Shown: positions 30,517 to 41,301, counted from the first letter of the stretch. The stretch is DNA of 61,996 bases from Promethearchaeota archaeon Loki_b31 (GCA_005222975.1 NJBI01000013.1:1-61996); one strand, 5' to 3'. The notes: generated by a model not told the origin, from the letters alone. Translations and numbers: made by a program.

Positions 30517-33500
30517 TCATACATTTAAAACATTTGCTTGATCAAAATTGGCTATAATAAATTTCTTACGTGATTTTACTTCTTTACCCATCAGTTTCGT
30601 AAAGATCAAATCATTCTCAATGTAATCTTCGTACATTACCTTCTTTAACATTCGAGTCTCCTTATTCATCGTCGTATTGTAAAGTTCTTCGGGGTTCATC
30701 TCCCCTAATCCCTTATACCTCTGAATTTTTACTGTATCTGCATTTTTCAGCTTGTATTTTAATTTAATACTTTTTAGTACTTCTTCTTTTTCTTTATCCG
30801 TAAAAACATAATGCTTTGATTTTTTATAAGATACTTTGTAGAGAGGAGGCATAGCCATATATAGGTATCCACCGTCTATTAATGGTCGCATGTATCTGAA
30901 AAAAAATGTGAGCAGTAATGTCTCTATATGTTTTCCATCAATATCAGAATCGCACATTATGATGGTTTTATGGTATCTTAACTTATTTAGGTCAATTGCG
31001 TGCTCAGATTCCTCGGTCTCCCCGTTCTCCCTTGTCTCTTCAGTCTCCCCATTCTCGCTTTCAGACCCATTAATTTCATTAAATTCCTGTATTCCAACAC
31101 CTAACGCTTTAATAATCGCCCGAATTTCGTTATTTTGTAATATTTTGTCCATTCGAGCTTTTTCTACATTCAATATTTTTCCTCTAAGAGGTAGTATTGC
31201 TTGATAACCCCTATCTCTTCCTTGCTTGGCACTATTATGCACAAATACACCCGAAGATAGGGCAAAGTTATGAGTATTGGGAACCTCAATATCAAAAACT
31301 TCAATTGGATGTTCTAGAACTTCAACTGATTTTATCTTGTGGTTAAAGTTTTTAATTGCTTCTATTGCATTACTATAATTCCCTTCGAAAAATCTATTAA
31401 CAAAAGTCTCTAATAATAAGATATTTCTATTTTTAGGTACAGATTTGCGAATTTCATTGAATCTATCCAGATTTCCTTCCTTGTCAAATATCTCCTTCAT
31501 AAGAGTAATTGTTGATTTAAAATATGTTTTATTATACGCAACTCTTCTTTTTTCTCTAAATTCAGGTGTCCATTGAGCTTCTGTTTTTTCGCTCCTCCAT
31601 TGAAGTAAGTTTTCATCTTGCCATTGTTCCTTTGCTTTCATTGATAAGTGTGTTTTCATCTCAGGGTTATCTTTAAAGTACTTTTTTACTTTTTTACTCT
31701 GTTTTTTCCGATTTTCCTTGGAAGCCCAATATTTCTTACTCTCTTCTTTAAGTCGCCTATTGTTTTCAAGTCTGTATTCTCTATTTGAATTATAAAATGC
31801 TTTCCAAGATTTGATCATATTCTGTTTGTATTCATCATTTTCCCATTGTTTTTTAGCCCTTTGACTCAATAAATCATGCATCTCTTTCATTATTTCGCTC
31901 ATCATTTTCCTATAATCTGCTGAGCGTTTAATCTTTATGCATTTCTCAATAACATCTGGTCGCTGAATCGTTTTTAAAACATTTTCTCTATGAATCTTCA
32001 AATGCTCCTCCTTTGAAACTCTTATAATATTTGTTGGATTATTATTTAACTTATTAAAATCAAAGTGATGTCTTATTTCTCCATCTTCCAATAAATATTT
32101 GTCAATTTTTAAATTATAATCGTCAGCTAAAACATGTGTGAATTCCCATTTGTGTGTGGAAGGATTTAAAATCATTTCATAACCTTCAATAGTAATTCTA
32201 TGTTCTTTTTTTGATAATTTCTTGACAAGTGGCATTAGAGAATCGGTCTTTTGCAAATACTGTGCCTGTTTATATATACCATCTCTTAATAGAAAAAGAT
32301 GTTCTGGTGTGCAGATAATCTCGTCACCACTATCTAAAGTGATCTTTATAACTTTAGCATTTGTTTTTGTGCTTCTTGGATTCAGAATTTTCTCAATTCC
32401 AATACCCCCATTGCTTAAAATGGTATAACAGAAATTTTCTTTACCTTTTTTTTCTTCTTCGACTAGTTCAAGAAAACTTAAATTTCTACCATCTGTAAGA
32501 GCAACTTTAGTTTCCCCAGAAAAACAACCACCAGCAGAGTCTCCCTCAACAATAAATATTTCGCATTCTTTTGGATTATTAGAAGAACAATCAGCTAGTT
32601 TTCCGGGCATTCTTGCGCCATCCAATATAGATTTTCTACGGATTAGCAATCTAGCTTTTTGGGCGGCTTCCCGTGCCATTTTTGCGTTTATTGTTTTTAA
32701 CACGAGTTTTTTAGCTATTTGGGGGTGTTCTTCTAAGTATTGAGTTAATTTCTCTGTAACTATCTGGCTTACAATTTGTCTAACATCGGGGTTGCCTAAT
32801 TTAATTTTCGTCTGACTCTCAAATTGAGGATCTGGTAATTTAACAGAAACTACAGCGGATAAACCCTCTCTAGTATCAGTCCCACTAAGAACGTGTTCTT
32901 TGTACTTTTTCTCCATAAAATTTTCAATATATGAATTAAAAGTCCTAGTGAGTGCGGATTTAAAACCCGTAAGATGGACCCCTCCTTCCACAGTATTAAT
33001 AGTATTCGCATATGTAAGAATATTTGTTTGATATGTAGTGTTGTATTGCATAGCTAAATCGAGGTAAATTAATGCGCCATTTTCGTTTTCAGCCGAATCA
33101 CTTATAAAAATAATGTCATTATGGAGAGGTTGCTTATCTTTATTCAAATAAGAAATAAATTCTTTAATTCCACCTTCATAAAAAAATTCTTCTTTCTCGT
33201 CTTTAATTTTATTATGAAGCTCAAATCGCGCTTGAGGCGTAAGAAAAGCGAGTTCGCGCATCCTGTTAGCAATTGTGGAAGCATTATAAATTACTTCATT
33301 TTTATCGAAATCAAATATCTCGTCATCGGGGTAAAAAGAGATTTTTGTGTAAGAAGCTGTTTCTGTGGTTTTTGTAATGGTTGGCTCCGAAACTTTAACA
33401 CCCCGCGAAAATTTTTGTTTATAGATAAGACCATCTCTACAAATTTCTACTTCTAACCATTCTGCTAAGGCATTAACGACTGAAAGACCAACACCGTGTA

Positions 33501-33882
33501 ACCCCCCTGATATTTTGTAGCTCTTATTATCAAATTTTCCTCCGGAGTGTAGATGTTCCATAATAACTTCTAAGGCAGGTTTATTATATTCGGGATGATT
33601 ATCAATAGGAATACCGCGTCCGTTATCAAAAACTAGAACAGAATTATCTTTGAAAAGAGTTATTTTAATCTCGTTAGCATATCCCCCAATTGCCTCATCT
33701 ACAGAATTATCCAAAACCTCAAAAACAAGATGGTGAAGACCTTTCTTTCCTTGATCGCCAATGTACATCGCAGGGCGCTTTCTAACTCCCTCTAAGCCTT
33801 TAAGAACTTGAATATCATCCGCGTCGTAAGAGTTTCTTTTAGAAAGGTTATTAGATAAAGAAATATTTTCTTTTTCAGGCAT
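30517..33882 (-). CDS. gyrB: DNA gyrase subunit B with intein
   Basis: VRKRPAMYIG, DNGRGIP, GGLHGVG, EGDSAGG/SAKQGR, PLRGKILNV, DSDIDG, QRYKGLGEM. Confidence 0.97.
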   Translation of the reverse strand: MPEKENISLSNNLSKRNSYDADDIQVLKGLEGVRKRPAMYIGDQGKKGLHHLVFEVLDNSVDEAIGGYANEIKITLFKDNSVLVFDNGRGIPIDNHPEYNKPALEVIMEHLHSGGKFDNKSYKISGGLHGVGLSVVNALAEWLEVEICRDGLIYKQKFSRGVKVSEPTITKTTETASYTKISFYPDDEIFDFDKNEVIYNASTIANRMRELAFLTPQARFELHNKIKDEKEEFFYEGGIKEFISYLNKDKQPLHNDIIFISDSAENENGALIYLDLAMQYNTTYQTNILTYANTINTVEGGVHLTGFKSALTRTFNSYIENFMEKKYKEHVLSGTDTREGLSAVVSVKLPDPQFESQTKIKLGNPDVRQIVSQIVTEKLTQYLEEHPQIAKKLVLKTINAKMAREAAQKARLLIRRKSILDGARMPGKLADCSSNNPKECEIFIVEGDSAGGCFSGETKVALTDGRNLSFLELVEEEKKGKENFCYTILSNGGIGIEKILNPRSTKTNAKVIKITLDSGDEIICTPEHLFLLRDGIYKQAQYLQKTDSLMPLVKKLSKKEHRITIEGYEMILNPSTHKWEFTHVLADDYNLKIDKYLLEDGEIRHHFDFNKLNNNPTNIIRVSKEEHLKIHRENVLKTIQRPDVIEKCIKIKRSADYRKMMSEIMKEMHDLLSQRAKKQWENDEYKQNMIKSWKAFYNSNREYRLENNRRLKEESKKYWASKENRKKQSKKVKKYFKDNPEMKTHLSMKAKEQWQDENLLQWRSEKTEAQWTPEFREKRRVAYNKTYFKSTITLMKEIFDKEGNLDRFNEIRKSVPKNRNILLLETFVNRFFEGNYSNAIEAIKNFNHKIKSVEVLEHPIEVFDIEVPNTHNFALSSGVFVHNSAKQGRDRGYQAILPLRGKILNVEKARMDKILQNNEIRAIIKALGVGIQEFNEINGSESENGETEETRENGETEESEHAIDLNKLRYHKTIIMCDSDIDGKHIETLLLTFFFRYMRPLIDGGYLYMAMPPLYKVSYKKSKHYVFTDKEKEEVLKSIKLKYKLKNADTVKIQRYKGLGEMNPEELYNTTMNKETRMLKKVMYEDYIENDLIFTKLMGKEVKSRKKFIIANFDQANVLNV
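31234..32526 (-). mobile_element. Intein (431 aa) with HNH homing endonuclease in the GyrB TOPRIM domain
   Basis: Starts CFSGETKVAL after EGDSAGG, block B CTPEHLF, HNH HHFDFNKLNNNPTNI, ends VFVHN before Ser. Confidence 0.95.
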
Positions 33883-34169
33883 AAGAATTTCATTCTTATA
33901 TTTAATTTATTGTAAAGGTAAAATCATCTGTTCTTAATTGAACTTAAGTGATAATTTAACAATTTACATATAATATATGGAATTAAAATGTTATAAATGT
34001 TAGCACATTTTATCGTCGCTTGAAACCGAAGAATAAAAGAATTGGTTAGCTAAAAGCATGAAATGAATTTAGAGATCGTTGTTTTACAAAAAATAAGGCT
34101 AATTTTTACGGAGTTTAAAAAAATGGGCTTGATTTTATAACTTTTCCGTTTGTCTAAAAGGAGGGAGAT

Positions 34170-35033
34170 TTATTGGTTTTTTCTGATTTCTTCTGCCATT
34201 TTTATGATTTCCATTAGTTGATTAGTTATATCATGCGTTCGGACAATATGAGCCCCATTATATATTGCAACAGCAGTTGCGGCAAGAGTTCCGTTTAGTC
34301 TATTTTCAGGGTCAGGTATGTCTAAAGTTGTCCCTATAAAAGATTTTCGAGATATTGCCACTAAAATCGGTTTTTCTAGAACGTTGAGTTTATTTAAATT
34401 ACCAATTATTTTTAAATCATATTTATGAGTTTTTCTTTCGATCCAATGACCAATACCCGGATCTAAAATAACTTTCTTAATATCATAACCCTTATTTTTT
34501 AAGATTTTAATAGTAGATTTAAATTCTTCTATAATTTCTTCAATTGTACATAAATCACCAGGAACAGCTTTAGAAGCCATTAAAATAATAGGTAAGTCGT
34601 GCTCTACTATAAAATCTATTATCGTAGGATCGGTTTTTAAGCAACTCACATCGTTAATAATAATTCTTTTTTTGTGTTTTATAGCAATGTCGTATGTTTG
34701 TTGAGCAACTTCCCGATATTGCGTGTCGATCGAAATAACAATTTCATTTGGGATAATCTTACATACGAGTTCCATTGAAGGCGTTAAACGGTCGAGTTCT
34801 TCTTTTATAGTAATTTTTTTTGACCATGGTGCTGTAGAACGGGCACCTAAATCCAATATTTTCGCCCCTCCCTCGACCATTTCTAAAGTTGCTTTTTCTA
34901 ATAGCGTTAGATCGTTGTATACAGAGCCTTTATAGAACGATTCTGGGCTTAAATTCAATACACCCATTATTACCGTTGGAAAATTATCTCCTATTTCTAA
35001 AAAATCAAAAAGTCTCGCATAAATTTCATTCAT
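34170..35033 (-). CDS. folP: Dihydropteroate synthase
   Basis: IMGVLNLSPESF, ISIDT, INDVS, LDPGIG, SRKSF, VRTHD. Confidence 0.93.
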   Translation of the reverse strand: MNEIYARLFDFLEIGDNFPTVIMGVLNLSPESFYKGSVYNDLTLLEKATLEMVEGGAKILDLGARSTAPWSKKITIKEELDRLTPSMELVCKIIPNEIVISIDTQYREVAQQTYDIAIKHKKRIIINDVSCLKTDPTIIDFIVEHDLPIILMASKAVPGDLCTIEEIIEEFKSTIKILKNKGYDIKKVILDPGIGHWIERKTHKYDLKIIGNLNKLNVLEKPILVAISRKSFIGTTLDIPDPENRLNGTLAATAVAIYNGAHIVRTHDITNQLMEIIKMAEEIRKNQ

Positions 35034-35138
35034 AGTCGTTATCTATATTATTTTTTTCAAACATTCCAATGATAAATTAGATCGTATTCCTATAATTGTA
35101 AAAAAATATTTCAAATAAGTTTAATTCTTTTAATCACC

Positions 35139-35936
35139 ATGAAATTATTTTCAATAAGGCTCCCTCTAGTAAAAGAGAATGATCCATTATTTAGAATTTT
35201 AATAGAGCAGATTAAAAGAGAAGGAGAATCGTTAAAAGAAGGAGATGTCATTGTTATCGCAGAAAAAGTAATTGCTACTTCCCAGGGGAGAGTTAGAATT
35301 TTATCTGATGTGAGAAACATCTCAGATAAGGCTAAAGATTTGGCTAACAAGTACGATATGGACGAAAAATATGTAGAGCTAATTCTAGAAGAATCTTCTA
35401 TGATATTAGGGGGTTTAACACACGTTATTTTGGCAAAAGTTAACGATTTTTTAATCGCAAATGCCGGGATCGATCAATCCAACGCCGGTCCAAATAAGGT
35501 TATTCTATTACCAGAAAATCTTAATCAAGTTGTTTGGGAATATTGGAGAGATTTAAGAAAAGAATTCAAAATAAAAAACCTTGGAGTAATTATTGCCGAT
35601 TCGAGAGTTCAGCCCCTCAGAAAAGGAACTATTGGTATAGCAATAGCTACAGCCGGTTTTGAGCCTATTGAAGATTTACGTGGGCATCCAGATTTATTTA
35701 ACCGTCCATTAGAAATTACGATGAGAGCTATCGCAGATGACCTTACAAGCGCAGCTCAATTTCTTTTAGGTGAAGCGGATCAACAGACGCCTGTAGTTAT
35801 CATACGTGGAAGTAATATAGAATTCACAGAAAATCCACAATTAACCACCGAAATGCCTCCCGAAGAATGTCTTTATATGAATATTTTTTCCAAATACCTC
35901 CTGAAAAAGAAAGAAGATTCAATAGATAAAATTTAA
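35139..35936 (+). CDS. cofE: CofE-family gamma-glutamyl ligase (F420-0:L-glutamate ligase-like)
   Basis: GDVIVIAEKVIATSQGR, NAGIDQSN, VIIADS, DLRGHPDLFNRPL, GEADQQTPVVIIRG. Confidence 0.85.
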   Translation: MKLFSIRLPLVKENDPLFRILIEQIKREGESLKEGDVIVIAEKVIATSQGRVRILSDVRNISDKAKDLANKYDMDEKYVELILEESSMILGGLTHVILAKVNDFLIANAGIDQSNAGPNKVILLPENLNQVVWEYWRDLRKEFKIKNLGVIIADSRVQPLRKGTIGIAIATAGFEPIEDLRGHPDLFNRPLEITMRAIADDLTSAAQFLLGEADQQTPVVIIRGSNIEFTENPQLTTEMPPEECLYMNIFSKYLLKKKEDSIDKI

Positions 35937-36046
35937 AGATATATCAGAACCTAAATAAAATCATGTCATTTGTCCCTAAGAAAGTCTTTTTTGTAAAAGG
36001 AATAGGTTATCATAAATCTAAGCTAGGAGCCTTTGAGCAAGCGCTT
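35903..36046 (+). repeat. Left direct repeat (attL-like) with truncated pdaD 5' fragment from ATG 35963
   Basis: Matches 42783-42926; 35917-35976 identical to 42797-42856; encodes MSFVPKKVFFVKGIGYHKSKLGAFEQAL then loses similarity. Confidence 0.92.
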
Positions 36047-36234
36047 TTTTTCTATAAATCTAAAATGCCATATCAATTTTAAATAACCTATTTAAAAGTT
36101 TTGATTACATTGAATTAATCTAAACAAACTTTATATAGGAGTATTGTTAGATCGATCATATTATTAAAGTTTAACTTCCAATCTAATAGAATTAGCAATC
36201 ATCCAATTAAATCCTTTAGAGTTGATTATAACCG

Positions 36235-37911
36235 ATGAAAAAAAGATCGATATTATTTTTATTAATGCTGATAATTTCAGTGTTTATTCAATTATTTGGA
36301 ATTCCGTATCTTGGTATAAAATTTACAGATCATGACCTTGAATTTGATTATGTTTACAATTGGGACATTACTGGGACTGGAGGATGGTATCTAGGTTATA
36401 CGGAGAACTTTAGGGCAAATGGACATTATGAAGTTGATTATAGTGGATCAGTTGCCAGTGTTTCATGTGTAATTACTTGGACATTTCAGAGTTGGCTTGA
36501 AGGATATCTCGAAGAGGATTACGGGGGAAAAGATTATTATAGTTTTACTTATTCATTAATAGATGGACAATATCTTTCTTTTGGTGATCAAGAGTATAAT
36601 GCTACTGGCTTAAACGTCTGGTTTCACATACCAGGGGGAATTCAAACTGATACTTATTCCATGCTTAGTGAGACTTATGAATTTGTTGGTGATGGTTTGA
36701 TTTGGTTAGGACATCTCATGCCATTTACAGGAAAACGATTAACCTCTGCGGGGCAATATTCAAGAGATGATGTATATGGACAATTTGAAGCTACTTACAC
36801 AATTGATGAATACTTTACTCCTGAAGGGTATTTAATTGGAGAGGTATTACACGAAGAAAATATTGGTTATAGTAGTGGTTATTATTCAGAATTTGTATTG
36901 AATTCATATGTATTTATAACATCTTCAAGTTATTTACGCCCATTTTGCATTTGGATGTATCTCCTTACCTATTGGGCTCCATTATTATTTTTGGCTATAA
37001 TTTTTTATGTAGTCTATGAACATTATAGATGGAGACCAAGAGTTATAAGAGCGCGAGGTAAAAAGCAAGAAGTGGTCGTAGAAAGAAAAATGCTAGGAGG
37101 ATTAGAATTTTCTATTGATTCTCCTTATTCAGAAATGATCCTTGCATATCTTTCCAGAGCTAATATTCAAGGAAAAACAATCGTTTCTGCTCATAATCAA
37201 GAAAAGCTTAAAGGAATCGGATTTATTGAACCGAATGGAAAGGTTGGGACATTTTTTGGAAAATATTCTGAGGACTTAATATTATATACTAAAGTAAAAT
37301 ATGCCCACGCTGAACTTTCTAGACTCTTTGGTTTTAAAACTATCGAGAAATATGATGTGTTTAAGATTGAATACTTGCAGGGAATGGAAGTTCATTATGA
37401 TGCTAATCTAATTGAGCCTGCAACAGCTCAAGATTTAGATGCAATCATGAGATTGATTGCTAATGAAGATAGCGGTACTACAAAAAAAAAGGATGCAAAA
37501 TGGGTTATTGAAGCGGCGAAGAGTGATATTATAGTTATCGCAACAGCTTCTCCTAAAGAAGAATGGGTTAAAGAGATCTTAAAAGAGATCCTCAGAAGAA
37601 ATTATAAAAAACCAGAAATATATTTAGACCGAGTATTATTAGGCGTTGGATTTTCTACGCCAGGAAAAGAAACTGGATGGTTATATGGTCTGTATGTTCA
37701 TCCTGCTTTCAGAAATAAAGGAATTGGTAGAGCACTAGTAAATGCTCGATTATCAATTTTACAAGAATTAGGATGTAATTCTGCTATAACAGAAATTGCT
37801 GAATGGAATAGCCCTGCAAAAAATATTTATGATGATTTTAATGCTCCAAAATTGGGAACGGTTGCTTTATTTGGAACTAAAATGCCTAAAGTAAAGGTGA
37901 GACGCTTTTGA
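36235..37911 (+). CDS. Membrane-anchored protein: extracellular beta-rich domain, TM, cytoplasmic GNAT acetyltransferase
   Basis: N-terminal signal/TM; TM YWAPLLFLAIIFYVVY; GWLYGLYVHPAFRNKGIGRAL..NSPAKNIY. Confidence 0.8.
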   Translation: MKKRSILFLLMLIISVFIQLFGIPYLGIKFTDHDLEFDYVYNWDITGTGGWYLGYTENFRANGHYEVDYSGSVASVSCVITWTFQSWLEGYLEEDYGGKDYYSFTYSLIDGQYLSFGDQEYNATGLNVWFHIPGGIQTDTYSMLSETYEFVGDGLIWLGHLMPFTGKRLTSAGQYSRDDVYGQFEATYTIDEYFTPEGYLIGEVLHEENIGYSSGYYSEFVLNSYVFITSSSYLRPFCIWMYLLTYWAPLLFLAIIFYVVYEHYRWRPRVIRARGKKQEVVVERKMLGGLEFSIDSPYSEMILAYLSRANIQGKTIVSAHNQEKLKGIGFIEPNGKVGTFFGKYSEDLILYTKVKYAHAELSRLFGFKTIEKYDVFKIEYLQGMEVHYDANLIEPATAQDLDAIMRLIANEDSGTTKKKDAKWVIEAAKSDIIVIATASPKEEWVKEILKEILRRNYKKPEIYLDRVLLGVGFSTPGKETGWLYGLYVHPAFRNKGIGRALVNARLSILQELGCNSAITEIAEWNSPAKNIYDDFNAPKLGTVALFGTKMPKVKVRRF

Positions 37912-39083
37912 ATACTTTTGAACAATTTCTTCATGATTCAATTGATCTAAAATTATATTCTGTAAATGCAGAAATTTCAGCAATAAATCCGCAATTCAAC
38001 TCATATAAGAAATGGATAAAAGGATACATAGGTCCCGCTACAGCGGAATTACATGATATCAAAGGACCAAAACTAAATGCTATAAAAGATGAAAATCGCA
38101 ACGCAATATTTCCAGAATTTTCAGTCAATTTAAATGGCAAAACCTTTTTTTTAGCTATTAAAGGTTGTGGAGCATATGAAGATATGTACCAAGGAAATTC
38201 ATTATCACCCCTTCATATACGAAACGCTTGTCGCGATTCTACATGCCTTCATCTTGTAGATAAATTAACAACAGGAACAGGTTTTATTATGGGCGAATCA
38301 TGGATGGGAGAAAGCCCATATGGTTGTCAAGGTTTTATCAACGCCTTTGATGAGTTAGCTTTCTCCAAGTTAGCAAAATTAGATTCTATCAATGGTGCTC
38401 ACATTTGCCCTGTCATAGGAGTCGTACAATTACCTCCTAAAATTGAAGAAATGGCTCGTAAGTTCTTTTGGTTTAGTACCTATAAAGATCATTTTTATCA
38501 AGAAATTAGACTAATGCCTTCGAACATACGATTGTATTTTGAATCTTCTCGTTTAGTTGCTAATCCTAGTTCTTTCTTTTCGTTATTTGACTTAGATACC
38601 GAAAAACTTATTGAAAAATTTGAAATTAATTTTATCAAAAGCGGGATAGCATTATTGTCTTTATTTTTGAGATCAGCAAAAAAAGAAGGAGATAACATAA
38701 CAGGGATTATATATCAGGATGTATGGCTAGATAAAGATTGCGTGGTAGCTCCTGATGGTACAATTCACTTTGCTGACTTAGAAGGATTGATATGGAAAAC
38801 TGTACCTCAAAACAAATTCGCAGAAACTCAAACTAACGAGTGGGAGAAATTAGTTTTTGAATTTCTTTTTGCCTTAGTTAAAATAGATTCATATCGTCAC
38901 CAATTAGAAGGTTCAAAGATGTCTTGGAATAGACAGAGAGAAGAATTAGCACTTCTCGTCCAACTTGCTATAAATCGAGACAGTTTCGCATATTCAAAAA
39001 ATCATAATAAAGATTTATTAATAGTATTAGAGGGAACTGAAGTTCCCTCAGTAGAAATTCCATTACTTGAAATGGTGAATTAA
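37908..39083 (+). CDS. Kinase-fold protein with SelO/YdiU-like motifs
   Basis: LAIKGCG, ESPYG, EIRLMPSNIRL (cf. SelO LKGxG, TPYS, RxAPSxxR); DKDCVV..IHFADLE metal-binding-like region; 4-bp overlap with the upstream gene. Confidence 0.55.
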   Translation: MNTFEQFLHDSIDLKLYSVNAEISAINPQFNSYKKWIKGYIGPATAELHDIKGPKLNAIKDENRNAIFPEFSVNLNGKTFFLAIKGCGAYEDMYQGNSLSPLHIRNACRDSTCLHLVDKLTTGTGFIMGESWMGESPYGCQGFINAFDELAFSKLAKLDSINGAHICPVIGVVQLPPKIEEMARKFFWFSTYKDHFYQEIRLMPSNIRLYFESSRLVANPSSFFSLFDLDTEKLIEKFEINFIKSGIALLSLFLRSAKKEGDNITGIIYQDVWLDKDCVVAPDGTIHFADLEGLIWKTVPQNKFAETQTNEWEKLVFEFLFALVKIDSYRHQLEGSKMSWNRQREELALLVQLAINRDSFAYSKNHNKDLLIVLEGTEVPSVEIPLLEMVN

Positions 39084-39084
39084 A

Positions 39085-40548
39085 ATGGATTGTAAAAGAG
39101 CCTTAGAAATATTAACATCGATTAAAAAAAGGAATGATATTCCTTGTTCTTCTGATGAGATTTCAGATTTATTGAAATTCTCCTTTATTAGCGAATACGG
39201 AAAAGAAAGTGCCGATCTACCAACGGAAAGTGAGATAAATACTCTTAAAATGAATTATGATCGACTAAATAGCAAGATTCATGGACTAAATAAGGAGTTA
39301 TTATCTATAGAAAGGGAATATGAATATGTATCTATAGGTAGTAAGTTAGTTAGTTATCTACAAATTGGAAAAGGAAAAAAGTTGAAGTCTCAAATTTCTA
39401 AATTAAAGAATGAGATAAAAAAGATGGATACTCAAGTTAGTATTATTAAGGATCAAATTTTGAAATTAAATGATCAAAAGCAATCCATTAATCAAGCTGT
39501 ACGACTCAATGGAAAAAACGTAGTCTTAACACCTATAGGAGATAATATGATTGATGAGATTGAAGCTCGAGAACGGTTTTTATCAAGGGATTTAAACGAC
39601 TTGATTAATATTATCGATCAACTTGATGAAGAATTTTCATCCTTAATTGATAGAGTGGGCGATATAATGAAAACGGGAGTGTTTTCTCCAATTTGGGCAG
39701 TTTATTTGTTAAATACTAATTTAGGCGGATTAGAGAAAGCTTTTAACTCGATATCAAAAAGAGAATATACCTATATACAAGCAGAGAAGAGAATGATGAC
39801 ACTTTCTATTAATTTTATGAGAAATCCTCAATTAAGCATATCTGACACAAATAGAGATATCCTAAAAATTGAAAGAAAGATGCAATATGAATATCGAAAA
39901 GATAATCCCGCTCATGACATAAAAGAATCTTTATACGCTTATGCTCTAAGTCAAAAAATTAAAAAAGCCATTACAATGATAGGAAGATTATTCTCAAACT
40001 GGTCTCTTCATCATGGAAGTAAAGCGTTGGGTGATGAATATGTAAAAAATTTAATTAAAATCTTTAAGGATCAACCAATAGGTTCTTTAAGTAATGACAA
40101 AGTCGTATATGCTTCATTTGTTATCCCCTTTATAGGAGATCTATCAAAATTAAACTTTTTTAATGATTTATTGCGTGATATTCCTGAAGGTTCTAAATTC
40201 TTTGCATCGGTTTCAGCTTTATTTCCATGGGATGTTAAGGAAACTTGGATGATTTTATTAAGGGCAGAAATGAACATCTTACGAGCTCAAAGTGCCAAGT
40301 TTGTACCTGAATTAATTGAATATGCTCTCTTATTAGCAATGAATCCTAAAATCATCACAATTGAAAATAGCTTCTCACAAAGCCAATATGATGAATGGAC
40401 ACAATTAATAATCCCAATTATTCATCTTTTAGCATATACTTTCTTAGAAAAAGATTTAGAAAAATATGTGAGAAAAAGACCTTTAGCTTATATTATATCT
40501 CCAAGATATTACCATCATTCTTCCTTACATTATCATGTAATTGGATGA
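39085..40548 (+). CDS. Hypothetical protein: N-terminal coiled coil, helical C-terminus, His-rich tail
   Basis: 487 aa; starts 1 bp after the preceding stop. Confidence 0.75.
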   Translation: MDCKRALEILTSIKKRNDIPCSSDEISDLLKFSFISEYGKESADLPTESEINTLKMNYDRLNSKIHGLNKELLSIEREYEYVSIGSKLVSYLQIGKGKKLKSQISKLKNEIKKMDTQVSIIKDQILKLNDQKQSINQAVRLNGKNVVLTPIGDNMIDEIEARERFLSRDLNDLINIIDQLDEEFSSLIDRVGDIMKTGVFSPIWAVYLLNTNLGGLEKAFNSISKREYTYIQAEKRMMTLSINFMRNPQLSISDTNRDILKIERKMQYEYRKDNPAHDIKESLYAYALSQKIKKAITMIGRLFSNWSLHHGSKALGDEYVKNLIKIFKDQPIGSLSNDKVVYASFVIPFIGDLSKLNFFNDLLRDIPEGSKFFASVSALFPWDVKETWMILLRAEMNILRAQSAKFVPELIEYALLLAMNPKIITIENSFSQSQYDEWTQLIIPIIHLLAYTFLEKDLEKYVRKRPLAYIISPRYYHHSSLHYHVIG

Positions 40549-40585
40549 GACCATAATATTAGGGAAATATTAAATTTTTCTTCCA

Positions 40586-40723
40586 TTATTTCACCTGATC
40601 TTCAAATGCTGGAAGTATATCTGAATTAAAATCATATTCTGTCAAGCCCTTTCTTATCCAAAATATCCCTACAAGAAATCCAATAACCATAATCAAGAAT
40701 ATCATTACTAAATAAGATCCCAC
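40586..40723 (-). pseudogene. Short TM-coding fragment, possibly a decayed membrane gene
   Basis: VGSYLVMIFLIMVIGFLVGIFWIRKGLTEYDFNSDILPAFEDQVK then stop. Confidence 0.3.
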
Positions 40724-41301
40724 ATCAATTATATCTCAAAAATGGATTTTTCTTTAACTCAGCAAGAAATTGCTTAAACAAATCAACTATTAGAAATTTA
40801 AAAATAAACCACCACGAGAATAGAATAAGTACTTTAATAGTCTATGCAAATTTTTTAATTTAAATGCTTTCCAACCATGTTATATTCGTAGTATAAATGC
40901 AAATATTTCTGAGATTTATATACAATTATATCTTTTATCTTTAATTTATTTTTTCGAAATTATCGAGATTTTGAGAGAATACATGAACTTATCTATACTG
41001 AATTTTCGAAATTTATTAATTTTCCAAATTTTTTTAAGCTTCTAGTAGAGTAAATTTTTGATAAGAATAATCCACTGTATTGAATATATCTTTATACGAA
41101 ATTATTTCCAAATACTAATTTTTAACTAAAAAGAATAGAAAGACTAACTCCCTAATAATTTATCCTAATTTAATCTTTACAATTCTAACATTGAATAAAT
41201 AGATCAGAATCACTATCAGCTGATATAGAAATATATAAATTTGTTATAGGTTTTCCTTATAATTGATATTATATAATATTTTTAATCTCAATAAAAATAA
41301 A

